64,000 nucleotides of DNA from Candidatus Anammoxibacter sp. (GCA_021777055.1 JAIQZO010000004.1:55594-119593); one strand, 5' to 3'. Positions 48,032 to 57,595 are shown, counted from the stretch's first letter. Notes: generated from the sequence alone by a model not told the origin. Numbers and translations are program-made.

Positions 48032-49399
48032 CTAGTCAACAAGATCATACGCCTTCATTTTATTGTATAATGTCGTACGATTGATTCCCAGTATACGTGC
48101 AGTTGAGGCCCTTTGTCCTTTTTGCTCTTCCAACACATTAATAATATGTAACTTCTCCATCTCGGCGATGGTACTGCACTTCTCAATACCATTACTATTA
48201 ATTGCAGCCTTCTTACTACTAAGTGCTAATTCGTTAGGGGTTATTGTATCGCCAGTTGCCAAAATCATTGCACGTTCTACAACATTTTCCAGTTCACGAA
48301 CATTGCCGGGCCAATCATAGTTTTTTAACATTTGCTGCGCTTCAGCAGAAACAGTCCTTATATCCTTGCTACATTCAGAATTAAATTTTTTCACAAAGTG
48401 TTTAGTTAGTAAAATAATGTCCTCCTGCCGATCCCTTAAAGGAGGCACCTTAATAGGAAAAACGTTAAGGCGGTAATACAAATCCTCTCTGAAGTTTTTC
48501 TTTTCCACCTCTTCTTCAAGATTCCTGTTAGTTGATGCAATTACCCTTGTGTTTATCGGAATATCGTTTAACCCCCCTATATGCCTAATTTGCTTCTCTT
48601 GGAGAACACGTAATAACTTTGCCTGTAAGTGCATGTCCATCTCACCGATCTCATCAAGAAACATACATCCTTCGTTTGCGGTCTCAAACAGTCCCTCTTT
48701 ACCATCTTTGGATGCACCGGTAAATGCGCGTCCCTCATACCCAAAAAGCTCGGATTCTAATAAACTTTCAGTTAATGCTGCGCAGTTGATATCAACAAAC
48801 CTTCCTCCGTTTTCCTTTGTTGAGATAGCATGGATAGCACGCGCAACGATCTCCTTTCCTGTACCACTTTCTCCTAGTATAAGAACCGTACTATTAGGAG
48901 TATCCGCGACACGGTAGATCATATCGTATACATTTTTTATAGCAGGCGATTTACCTATCAGCTTATCCTCTATCCTGAAACCATTTTCTCCTGACGAAGT
49001 TCTCAAGTTAAAGATTTCATCACGCATAGATTTAACTTCAAGCGCTCTGTTTATTGCAAGTTTAAGTGGCTCAATCCGGATTGGTTTTTTCAAGAAGTCA
49101 TAAGCTCCCAACTTGACAGCCTTTACCGCCAAATCTATCGTACCATAACCGCTAACCATTATTACGATAACTTCCGGGTTTGTTTTTTTTACCTCTTTAA
49201 GAATATCTATACCATCCGCCCCCCCAAGACACATGTCCAAGAGCATAACATCAGGATTCTTTTCATGCACAGCAGACAATGCTTTCTTATCATCATTTGC
49301 TTTTAAAACTTCATATCCTGCACTTTCCAACGCTTCACTAATGTTTCTTAGAAAAATCTCTTCATCGTCTACCAGCAAAACAACATTCTTCTTTTTCAT
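48032..49399 (-). CDS. sigma-54-dependent response regulator (REC-AAA+-Fis HTH; NtrC/FlrC/FlgR family)
   Basis: REC LLVDDEE..DVMLLDMCL, Walker A GESGTGKE, ESELFGYEGRAFTGA, WPGNVRELEN, and C-terminal HTH ARILGINRTTLYNKMK. Confidence 0.9.
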   Translation of the reverse strand: MKKKNVVLLVDDEEIFLRNISEALESAGYEVLKANDDKKALSAVHEKNPDVMLLDMCLGGADGIDILKEVKKTNPEVIVIMVSGYGTIDLAVKAVKLGAYDFLKKPIRIEPLKLAINRALEVKSMRDEIFNLRTSSGENGFRIEDKLIGKSPAIKNVYDMIYRVADTPNSTVLILGESGTGKEIVARAIHAISTKENGGRFVDINCAALTESLLESELFGYEGRAFTGASKDGKEGLFETANEGCMFLDEIGEMDMHLQAKLLRVLQEKQIRHIGGLNDIPINTRVIASTNRNLEEEVEKKNFREDLYYRLNVFPIKVPPLRDRQEDIILLTKHFVKKFNSECSKDIRTVSAEAQQMLKNYDWPGNVRELENVVERAMILATGDTITPNELALSSKKAAINSNGIEKCSTIAEMEKLHIINVLEEQKGQRASTARILGINRTTLYNKMKAYDLVD

Positions 49400-49762
49400 A
49401 AAGTCCCTTTTGTACCGGAAACAATTGCTTTTACCACAAACAATTCCAGACTACAAAGCTTGTTATACCATTACTATGCTGCTGTTAAGACAAGGTAAGT
49501 ATCGCAAAAGAATCTTTAGCTTACATAATAATGACTAATTTTTCAACACCAAACCATGTTAACATATTAAACTAGAAATAATGTCAATATATTTCTCAAA
49601 GAAAACAGCATCCAGTATTTTTAACGTTAGTCAAAGTATTTAGGTTATAAGACGGTTTTGCCATAAAATCCCAGCCAAAACCACCGTTTAAATAGTAGTA
49701 GACTAACTTCTTTTGTTCTTATGAAGGCGATGCTTTTTAAAATCAATTTAAACATACAAACC

Positions 49763-51046
49763 TTAATGGATCGGAGCTAATATTTTTATCTTTTCTTTTA
49801 TACTAGTTATTATCTCTATGTTTGTACCACCAGAATGCTTCAAACATTGCCTATATTCATCCATTGCTAAATCCGGCTGATTAACCATCTCATAGGCCCT
49901 ACCAAGATTATAATGCAAATCAAAATCCCTAGAGTTTAGAGCTACAGATTTTTTAAAAGCATTAATCGCAGCTTTTGTTTTCTTCTGCTTTAAATAAACA
50001 TTTCCTAATTTCTTATAATAAACAGCTATATTTACGGGCATTACCTTTAATGCTTTGACATAAACACTAACCGCCTCATCAAAACGACTTTCATCGAAAT
50101 AGAGCTCCCCCAATCGTTCAAAAGGATCAACACCCAAGTGTGCAATGATATCCAGCACCCCTTCACTATGTTTTTCTATAGACAATATAATCGATTCGCA
50201 AGTTGCTATTAAATCCTGCTTAAAACCTTTCTCTTCAAAAAGAAACAACAACTGCATATTAGAATATATAGAAGATGGGACCTTAGAAGCTAACTCTTTT
50301 AGTATTGAAACAGTAGCATCAAACGTAACCATCCCTGCCCTGTATTGGCTGACAGCAGCATCCACAACATTTTCAATTTCATTGCCATAATATACCTGTA
50401 CTATTTGTGAAACTACACTCTTAAGCGAAGCCGGAATATCTTTAGGATCACTTATTTCAAAAGTTATTGTATCTAATGTCTTTTTCTCGTGAGCATCTAT
50501 TATTTCCATATCGCCACGAATTAAATCGCCAAATTGATTTACCGCCCCTTTCACTACATAGTCCGCATCTAAATATCCATATATCAATTCAACATCTTCC
50601 CTCCTAAGATTGGAGAACAGATCGACTTCTTGATCTCTAAATCGTTCACGGCTTGAAACTCCAGCATTATCAATCTTAATATTATCAGATATTGCTAACC
50701 TCCACACTGTTTTGTATAGCATATTTCTGTCTACAATTTCAAAAAGACCCGTATTAAATAGCTCACTATTCAATACTTCCGGTATGGACCTCTGTAACCC
50801 ATCAAATATTGTATTGTTTCTAAACGTAAAAACAACGATCTCTTTTTTCTCATTTAAGAAAGAAGAGGAAACGGGTAAAGCAGAAGAAAGCCTTGTTAAG
50901 AAAGATTGTAATAGCAGAAATAGAAGTAAAACAGATATGAGACTAAATGACCGTTTGGAATTTTGATATGTAATGTTTTGAATAGCAAACAAAGAAAAGT
51001 AATGATAAATCTTTTCTTTCAAGCATATTCTTTGCTTTTTTATCAC
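49763..51046 (-). CDS. envelope protein: CsgG/LpoB-like N-terminal domain plus C-terminal TPR
   Basis: Hydrophobic leader, then IVVFTFRNNT..VLNSELFNTGLFEIVDRNML..DADYVVKGAVNQFGD..MEIIDAHEKK, and a C-terminal TPR region (YKKLGNVYLKQKK..AINAFKKSVALN). Confidence 0.45.
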   Translation of the reverse strand: MIKKQRICLKEKIYHYFSLFAIQNITYQNSKRSFSLISVLLLFLLLQSFLTRLSSALPVSSSFLNEKKEIVVFTFRNNTIFDGLQRSIPEVLNSELFNTGLFEIVDRNMLYKTVWRLAISDNIKIDNAGVSSRERFRDQEVDLFSNLRREDVELIYGYLDADYVVKGAVNQFGDLIRGDMEIIDAHEKKTLDTITFEISDPKDIPASLKSVVSQIVQVYYGNEIENVVDAAVSQYRAGMVTFDATVSILKELASKVPSSIYSNMQLLFLFEEKGFKQDLIATCESIILSIEKHSEGVLDIIAHLGVDPFERLGELYFDESRFDEAVSVYVKALKVMPVNIAVYYKKLGNVYLKQKKTKAAINAFKKSVALNSRDFDLHYNLGRAYEMVNQPDLAMDEYRQCLKHSGGTNIEIITSIKEKIKILAPIH

Positions 51047-51149
51047 AAGATATATTTCTAATCTTAAAGTTTTTTATTTATATATTTTACTCTCTATTTC
51101 GCTGTTTAACGCAGAAAAGCGTTTAGGCTGGTAAATATATGCACAAAAA

Positions 51150-51470
51150 CTACAAAATATCAGAGAGCCTGTTCGACAATGCAACAAACGTCTCTTGCCT
51201 GTCATATACGCCATCTGCCAAATTTTTTGAAGCCGCATCTACCTTAAACCGCCGAACGTCTACGGTATTGTTTTTTATAACATCAAGAAACTCTATGCTT
51301 TTATCCTCAATCAAACGGCGAATTTCATAGGCATCCTGAGAAATCTCAACAATATCTTCTCCATATCCAAAACCAAGATCTTCAAACGTAGAGTTATTTC
51401 CTCTATTCTTACCTTTATGAATTATACTATCTGAAATTATTGTCCTGTTAAAGCTATTTGTAATATTCAT
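51150..51470 (-). CDS. possible FlgM-like anti-sigma-28 factor
   Basis: 106 aa and low complexity. The C-terminal VDVRRFKVDAASKNLADGVYDRQETFVALSNRL resembles the FlgM C-terminal helix region. It sits at the end of the fliS operon. Confidence 0.4.
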   Translation of the reverse strand: MNITNSFNRTIISDSIIHKGKNRGNNSTFEDLGFGYGEDIVEISQDAYEIRRLIEDKSIEFLDVIKNNTVDVRRFKVDAASKNLADGVYDRQETFVALSNRLSDIL

Positions 51471-51516
51471 AACTCACCTATTATTAATATTTGTTTGTCT
51501 AGCAATACAATTCGTT

Positions 51517-51867
51517 TTAATTCCCTTCCAACCCATCAGCGATCGCCTTATGAAAGTATGCTTTGTGAGCTCTATTGCTAGCATGAAGCCCTGCCATTTT
51601 ATTTTTTACCATTTCACGCATAACAAGTAATGCCTTGCCACTCTCCTCGTTAATATTTTGTATCTTAACAATTAAAGATTTGATCTCATTGCAATCATCA
51701 CTATCAATTGTAAGCCCGTCGAGTTGCCCTACTGCACTCATTATGCCCCTTTTTATCAATATATATTCACCTATTTTATCAAGATTGCCATCTTCAATAT
51801 CAGCAGCTTCCATAACTACGACATTTAATAACCGTCTCAAATATTCTATCCTTTTATTGTCTTCCAT
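51517..51867 (-). CDS. possible FliT/FlgN-like flagellar export chaperone
   Basis: 116-aa helical protein directly downstream of fliS. The call rests on position and coiled-coil-like composition only. Confidence 0.35.
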   Translation of the reverse strand: MEDNKRIEYLRRLLNVVVMEAADIEDGNLDKIGEYILIKRGIMSAVGQLDGLTIDSDDCNEIKSLIVKIQNINEESGKALLVMREMVKNKMAGLHASNRAHKAYFHKAIADGLEGN

Positions 51868-51941
51868 TTATCTTATTAAATTTTTTTCATAATATAAAGC
51901 CAACATTCACGGACAATATTTTTATATTTGTATTATAGTTC

Positions 51942-52400
51942 TTAGGCCACTGCAGTAAAACCTTCACAACGACGAGCATCCTCTACTTGATTCCTATTAT
52001 CTATACCTCCAACTTGCACATTAGAATCTTCCCCGCATAATTCCGCCCATCCATCTTTTATTGTATTAAGCAGTTCCACAGCTTCTTTTATCTTGTTTGC
52101 ATCATTCTTTAAATTTCCCTCAGTTAGTTGCAAAAGGATGTAATCGTAAACCCTGTCAAGATTCTCAGCAATTTCTCCACCTTTCCCAAAATCGAGGCAT
52201 GACCGTAAATAATCTACAATGTTTACCGTCTTGTTTAAAAGTTTTGCTTTGTTTACAGAGTCATTCTTCCCTAAGCAGAATAGAGCCGATTTTGCAAATC
52301 CAATTGCACCATCAAACAGTTTCAGAATAAGTTTCTCAGGTGTCGACGACGTAAGATCTTTCTCCAAATACTGTTTTAACACATTTCGTTGTTTCAACAT
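51942..52400 (-). CDS. fliS: flagellin-specific chaperone FliS
   Basis: TPEKLILKLFDGAI..A, KTVNIVDYLRSCLDFGKGGEIAENLDRVYDYILLQLTEGNL and LLNTIKDGWAEL. Confidence 0.85.
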   Translation of the reverse strand: MLKQRNVLKQYLEKDLTSSTPEKLILKLFDGAIGFAKSALFCLGKNDSVNKAKLLNKTVNIVDYLRSCLDFGKGGEIAENLDRVYDYILLQLTEGNLKNDANKIKEAVELLNTIKDGWAELCGEDSNVQVGGIDNRNQVEDARRCEGFTAVA

Positions 52401-52512
52401 TTACCGCACCTCCATTTACTTTAACTAAGGTGTTATTCTTAATAATATCTAATCTTAATATCGGCCTTTTATTAAAACTTTTTAAACAAAAAAGCGAAGA
52501 ACCGTAATAGAA

Positions 52513-54876
52513 CTATGAAGAACTCCCCCCCAGTTTTGGAAGATTTCCCAATTGGGCAGTCAGAAAATCACCGGTGGCCGTAAATTCTGCAATAATGGAT
52601 TCAAGCCTTGTAAACTCTGCCCTTAAACTTGCTTCTCTCTCTTCAAGACGCTTTTCTATCTCCTCCTGCCTATCCTTTATACCATCAATTGTATTTTGAA
52701 TTGAATCAGTTTTTGTCGTAAGGATCCCACTCGTGTTATTAGTGTATGTTTCAAGGAGCGATGACAGTTGGTTGGCGACTCCCGAAGAGACAGCAACCGT
52801 CCCATGTCCTCCTGTCACAGTGGAGGTTGTACTTATAGTAAGCCCCTCTTCCGGAAAACTCGAAGCACCGGTTAGCACATTACCAATCCCAACCGCCGCA
52901 TGATTGTTTATGAATCCCACTATATCAACGCCAGAATCTTTAAATGTTTCGCCTGAGATTCCATTTGTATCCTGAAGGATTTGCCCAGCACCGTCCACGC
53001 TAGTACTTACCTGAAGCGACAGGTCTTCGCCAAATCCATTTGTCTTGATTTCCAGTTTACCATTGTCATTGGATGCAGACAGAGCAACGTCATTTGTTGC
53101 AAACGCACTATTAAGATTATTAACGATTGTATTTATGGTTGAATCCTGATTAAGAGTGACATTAAATGTCTTAAAATCCGGAGAATTATCTGTACTATTC
53201 GATGAAAACAGAAAAGTTAGTGTTTCATCTGCAGTTAAACCGGTTACAGATAGATCATTTCGGGCATCTCCACCGCCTCCTAATTTGGCAACTTGAGAAA
53301 AAGTTGCTTGTTCAGGTGCAGTGGCAATAGTAACGTTATATACTCCCGGCTGAGTAGCAGATGAATTACTGACAAATTCAATATCCGAATTCGTTGGTGT
53401 TGCAATGCCAACAAACAACCTTGCAACCGCGTCAGGATCTTCACTTAAAGCATCACTTAGTTTAGAATCATCTATGGAAAGTTTAGCTGTCGTTGAGCTT
53501 GAGGTAATGCCGATCGACGATAAATTAGTAAAGCTATCATTGGATATCCCTGGAACCACCCCTGTAAGAATGTTACCCAACCGTCTTCGTAATGTCAGTA
53601 TTGTAATGTCTCCTAATAAAGGGCTGGCCTCATCTGCATCTGGATCAAAACTCAACTGATCATCGAGAAACGTTGCAACATCGTTAAACGCCTCAACAAA
53701 GTTTTCAATATTATCCTTTGCCTCTTGTGAACTTTGAGACACAGACAACGTAAGGGTTGACGACGCATCTGTATTAATTAGATCCAGTGTAACACCTTGA
53801 ATAACATCGTCAATAGTATTACTGCTCTTTGTTAGAACAGCATTGTCAACTTCAATTACAGCATCCTTTGCCTCTTGCAATTCAGGGTTAAACACATCTA
53901 TGCTGAATTTGTCTCCAGTTAAAAATGTTCCCCCTGTAAAACTGATCTTTACTCCTTCTGTAGTTGTAGATGCGTCAATTTGGCCGTCAATATTTTGCAA
54001 CGTAGCGTCAGCGGATATAGCAACACCGTTTGTCCCGTCAAAAGCGTCACCATTTGCACCTAAAAATGTAATACCTCCGTCAATTGAGTATTTATAAGTT
54101 ACGGTGCCGGATGCGGGAGTACCTCCGGTATCATCAACTATTTCAACCATAAATGTCTTATTGGTTGTACCGGTATACGCATCAGAGGTATTGGATGCAA
54201 CTGCTCCAGAAAAACTATTAGTTGTAAAAGCAAAGGCCTCTTCAATCTTTTTATTAGTAAAATCAAGATCCGTATCATTATTTGTAATAATTATATCATT
54301 GCTTGATCCTGTTTCGTCAGATGCAAGAATAAGGCGGAAAGGATTTGTCCCTGTCCCATCATTTATAATAGAGGCAGTAACACCACTTGTATTATTTATA
54401 GAATCCCTTAGCTGCTCCAGTGTGGTTGATGTGCCCACATTAATAGTCGTTTCCGAGCCGGCAGCACCAACCTTAAATTTTAATGTCCCGGTTGAAGATG
54501 AAACTGCAGCGGTATCCTGGTCGGAGAACCCTTGTGCTATCATTTTCCCTGACTTTGCGAGCTGTAAAACCTTAATAGAGGTTGTTCCAACAGACGCCGT
54601 ATCATCTGCAAAGACTGAAGCAAGTTCTTCACCCGTTAGTGAGTTGGTTATAGACGCGGCTTTTGTATTAAACTGCGAAATGGAATTAAGCTTGTTAACT
54701 GCAGATTCAAATGACGATAACTTTGTCTTCAGGTTTAAAACCTCTGCATTCTTAACTTCATTCTTTATCTCATCGCTTCTTAAGTTTACAAGAGGCCTTC
54801 CTTCCGCGGCAATTAGACTTGTAATAATATTTTCAAAATCTATGCCAGAACTTAAACCTAACGAAGAAATACCCAT
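52513..54876 (-). CDS. fliD: flagellar filament cap protein FliD (787 aa, unusually long)
   Basis: N-terminal GISSLGLSSGIDFENIITSLIAAEGRPL and a C-terminal coiled coil EKRLEEREASLRAEFTRLESIIAEF. ATG at 54876 lies 5 nt after GGAGG; the track GTG at 54882 lies inside the SD. Confidence 0.85.
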   Translation of the reverse strand: MGISSLGLSSGIDFENIITSLIAAEGRPLVNLRSDEIKNEVKNAEVLNLKTKLSSFESAVNKLNSISQFNTKAASITNSLTGEELASVFADDTASVGTTSIKVLQLAKSGKMIAQGFSDQDTAAVSSSTGTLKFKVGAAGSETTINVGTSTTLEQLRDSINNTSGVTASIINDGTGTNPFRLILASDETGSSNDIIITNNDTDLDFTNKKIEEAFAFTTNSFSGAVASNTSDAYTGTTNKTFMVEIVDDTGGTPASGTVTYKYSIDGGITFLGANGDAFDGTNGVAISADATLQNIDGQIDASTTTEGVKISFTGGTFLTGDKFSIDVFNPELQEAKDAVIEVDNAVLTKSSNTIDDVIQGVTLDLINTDASSTLTLSVSQSSQEAKDNIENFVEAFNDVATFLDDQLSFDPDADEASPLLGDITILTLRRRLGNILTGVVPGISNDSFTNLSSIGITSSSTTAKLSIDDSKLSDALSEDPDAVARLFVGIATPTNSDIEFVSNSSATQPGVYNVTIATAPEQATFSQVAKLGGGGDARNDLSVTGLTADETLTFLFSSNSTDNSPDFKTFNVTLNQDSTINTIVNNLNSAFATNDVALSASNDNGKLEIKTNGFGEDLSLQVSTSVDGAGQILQDTNGISGETFKDSGVDIVGFINNHAAVGIGNVLTGASSFPEEGLTISTTSTVTGGHGTVAVSSGVANQLSSLLETYTNNTSGILTTKTDSIQNTIDGIKDRQEEIEKRLEEREASLRAEFTRLESIIAEFTATGDFLTAQLGNLPKLGGSSS

Positions 54877-54905
54877 TATCACCTCCGATATTTACAAATT
54901 GTTGG

Positions 54906-54956
54906 CTATAGTTAAGGAGTGCATAAATGAAACGTTTATGCACTCCTTAACTATAG
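54906..54956. promoter_or_regulatory. perfect 22-bp inverted repeat in the flagellin-fliD intergenic region
   Basis: ctatagttaaggagtgcataaa-tgaaacg-tttatgcactccttaactatag. It contains an AAGGAG / CTCCTT pair and lies approx 15-20 nt upstream of the fliD SD. Confidence 0.6.
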
Positions 54957-54980
54957 TATAAATGTCAATTGCCCTAGAAA

Positions 54981-55014
54981 AGAAAAAGGCGGGGATAATC
55001 CCCGCCCTTTTTTA
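54981..55014 (-). terminator. rho-independent terminator after flagellin (bidirectional shape)
   Basis: Stem ggcgggga (54988-54995) / tccccgcc (54999-55006). It is flanked by an A-run on plus (a U-run on the minus transcript) and a T-run. Confidence 0.75.
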
Positions 55015-55063
55015 CAATAAAAATCATATAAATAACAAAACCAAAACATATGCAAATCATTTT

Positions 55064-56857
55064 TTAACCTAACAGCTGTAACGCTATCTGTGGTAGCCCG
55101 TTTGCCTGAGCCAACATAGCGGTTCCAGCCTGAACCAATATCTGGTTTTTGGTAAATTTAGCAACCTCAGTTGCAAAATCCGCATCCCTTATTCGGCTTT
55201 CAGAAGCACTTGTATTCTCACCGGCCACATCCAGATTTGAAATGGTAAATTCAATCCTGTTTTGAATCGCACCGAGTTCAGACCTCAAATCACTGACATC
55301 ATTCAGGGCCGCATCCAGTGTTAGAATCGCGGCAGTTGCATTCTCCTGAGAATCAACCTTAAGAGTGTTAACGTTAAAAGTTGACACATCTTTTGCAACT
55401 GATTTACTTGTCCCAAGAGTACTATCCAAATCTGATAAAGATGTTGGAGCTTCCAACGTAAACGTTTCTTCTGAATTTAACCTGATTTCACCCCTAAATA
55501 CTAAGGTGTTATTAACTGATGTTCCAATGCTTAACCCTGAACCCGCTTCAGCGATAGAGGAATCCTTTGCCTGTATCGAAATGTTTCTACCATCAGCAGC
55601 ATCAAGTACCAGCTTACCATCACTGTTAACAGACGCAGTGACACCTGTCTCACTAGATTTGTTATTGATCGCAGTTGCCAAGGCACCTGTGCTATCGCTG
55701 GCCTCAACGGCAACTGCACCGATATCCTCACCATTAATAAAGAGGTCGCCGGATGCGAGAGTTACAGCGCTAATCGCAGCAGTACCCGTAACGGTATTTT
55801 TTAATGCTGTTGCTGTTACAGTTGTTGATGTCTTTATTGCATTAATGGCTACAGATTTCGCAATAGCACTAGAAGAACCATTGCTATTGGTTACCGCAGC
55901 TGCTGCACTAGTTCCAAAGTTAGCAGATGCTCCTGTACCCTCAATTGCAAAATTAGATAACCCGGTAGTTTCGGAGGTTGCCAATGCTAAGTCCGTTCCT
56001 CCTGTACCCTCTATAACATAACCTGACTCATTTACAACCCTTGCCGTAACACCTGCAATGCTTGCAGCATTAATTGCAGCCACAACACTTGTCGCTGCAG
56101 CAGAACCTCCGGTGGTAGAACCAACGGTAACGGTCACAGATGTTCCGTTTATAATAAGAGTTGCAGTACCGCTAAGATTTGAATCACCATATTGGCCACT
56201 TGCAACACTAATCACTGAAAATTGATCATCTGCAGAACTTGATGAAACAACATCAACACCGTTAATCTTTATTTCTGAGGTACCAAATGCCTGATCTATT
56301 GCGTTTTCCGTTCCATCCGCAAGAGCAGCAGTGAATTCAGCCCTTCCACCAATAGCCTTACCACGTATATCACTAACATTGATATTAAGAGTTTGGTCCG
56401 CATTCGCACCAATCTGAAGCAATTTATCCCTAAAAGATCCATCAAGTAGAGTCTGAGTATTAAACTCAGATGTACTGGCAACCCTTGTAAGTTCTGTTGT
56501 CAAGTTATCTGCTTCTTTAGTAATTGTCGCCCTGTCACTTGTAGTGTTATCATCAGAAGCTGCTTGAACAGCAAGCTCTCTTAATCTTTGGAGAATGTTT
56601 GTAATAGTATCTATTCCACCCTCTGCAACCTGAACAAGAGAGATCGCATTGTTGGAATTTCTAACAGCCTGACTTAAACCACGAACCTGTGCTGCAAATT
56701 TTGTTGCAATAGAAAGACCAGCAGCATCATCAGCTGCGCTGTTTATCCTTAATCCAGAAGAAAGCTTTGTAATAGATTTGCCAAGTCTATCATTATTAAT
56801 ATTTAAGTTTCTCTGAGCACTCAGGCCTGCAATATTTGTATTTACGGTTAAACCCAT
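55064..56857 (-). CDS. fliC: flagellin (597 aa, large Ala/Thr/Ser/Gly-rich central domain)
   Basis: N-terminal MGLTVNTNIAGLSAQRNLNINNDRLGKSITKLSSGLRINSAADDAAGLSIA and C-terminal SESRIRDADFATEVAKFTKNQILVQAGTAMLAQANGLPQIALQLLG. AAGGAGG SD precedes the ATG at 56857. Confidence 0.92.
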   Translation of the reverse strand: MGLTVNTNIAGLSAQRNLNINNDRLGKSITKLSSGLRINSAADDAAGLSIATKFAAQVRGLSQAVRNSNNAISLVQVAEGGIDTITNILQRLRELAVQAASDDNTTSDRATITKEADNLTTELTRVASTSEFNTQTLLDGSFRDKLLQIGANADQTLNINVSDIRGKAIGGRAEFTAALADGTENAIDQAFGTSEIKINGVDVVSSSSADDQFSVISVASGQYGDSNLSGTATLIINGTSVTVTVGSTTGGSAAATSVVAAINAASIAGVTARVVNESGYVIEGTGGTDLALATSETTGLSNFAIEGTGASANFGTSAAAAVTNSNGSSSAIAKSVAINAIKTSTTVTATALKNTVTGTAAISAVTLASGDLFINGEDIGAVAVEASDSTGALATAINNKSSETGVTASVNSDGKLVLDAADGRNISIQAKDSSIAEAGSGLSIGTSVNNTLVFRGEIRLNSEETFTLEAPTSLSDLDSTLGTSKSVAKDVSTFNVNTLKVDSQENATAAILTLDAALNDVSDLRSELGAIQNRIEFTISNLDVAGENTSASESRIRDADFATEVAKFTKNQILVQAGTAMLAQANGLPQIALQLLG

Positions 56858-56956
56858 ATTATTACCCTCCTTAGTAATAGCAGGAAATTCCCTGCGTTTT
56901 TTCGGCATCCTTGCCGAAGATTTATAATGTCACTTAATTATTTGTACCACAACACG

Positions 56957-56964
56957 TTATCGCC
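56957..56964 (-). promoter_or_regulatory. candidate sigma-28 -10 element upstream of flagellin
   Basis: The minus strand reads GGCGATAA, 7/8 to the GCCGATAA consensus, approx 95 nt upstream of the ATG. No convincing TAAA -35 lies at the canonical spacing. Confidence 0.3.
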
Positions 56965-57088
56965 CGCCACCTCCTTTCAAATTTCGCTAAAATTATAAAT
57001 TTTCTTAATTTTAAATTTTATGGATTTATTATCGGTAACAAGATTAATAAATTTAGTTAAATTCTTTTATAAAATTTTCGAACTGATG

Positions 57089-57316
57089 TTAAATGTCTAT
57101 ATCCAGATTATGCCCAACATCACCATTTTCGTCATCCTGGTCAAGTATATTAATATCATCGGCAATATTCTTATCTGTATTACTATCGTCTACTTTCTTC
57201 TTTTTCTTTTGTGGGAACTCTTTCTTTTGTTTAGGATTATAAGGCCGTGATGGTGTAATGCTATTTATGTTGCTTATGTCATCATCCATTAACGTATTGA
57301 AATTATTAATTTCCAA
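57089..57316 (-). CDS. small acidic/lysine-rich hypothetical protein
   Basis: 75-aa ORF between fliA and flagellin. It is low complexity (KKKKKVDD, DQDDENGD) and coding status is uncertain. Confidence 0.3.
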   Translation of the reverse strand: MEINNFNTLMDDDISNINSITPSRPYNPKQKKEFPQKKKKKVDDSNTDKNIADDINILDQDDENGDVGHNLDIDI

Positions 57317-57442
57317 AAATAAATTAACGTAGAAATAAACATCCGCATAAAACAGAACTTTTGATCAAATCAATTGCGTGGCAAGACTATACTGGTGCAG
57401 GAATCAAACCTCTTCTTTAAATTAAGATATTAGTTTTCATTC

Positions 57443-57595
57443 ATAATCACAATCATAATCTTAATCTTAACCTCACCCACATTCCGTAATTTGTTAGCAA
57501 ATCCGGTTTAACTGGATTACATTTGATTAATCCAACAATTATTGTTCATGGGCAGAGATTTTATGCATACTGAGTAAGATTATGGTTATGATTAT
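57443..57595. repeat. 153-nt element bounded by 21-nt imperfect inverted repeats (MITE-like or structured RNA)
   Basis: ataatcacaatcataatctta (57443-57463) matches the reverse complement of taagattatggttatgattat (57575-57595) at 19/21. Smaller palindromes (aatcc..ggatt, aacaattattgtt) lie inside. Confidence 0.5.

Noticed and set aside
49400-49762. Search for sigma-54 (TGGCAC-N5-TTGC) promoters here and upstream of flagellin, fliD, fliS and flhF.
   Set aside because: No match with both GG and GC elements at correct spacing was found on the minus strand by eye. The only TGGCACG string (approx 58202) is on the plus strand inside fliA coding sequence.
54104-54961. 285-aa plus-strand ORF. Other long plus-strand ORFs lie at 25726-26505, 55365-56021, 62966-63463 and 58544-58996.
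   Set aside because: All lie antisense to strongly supported genes (fliD, wbpM-like, flagellin, flhA, the charged ORF). Their translations are low-complexity Ser/Leu/Pro/Ile-rich with no motifs. These are typical shadow ORFs in AT-rich DNA.
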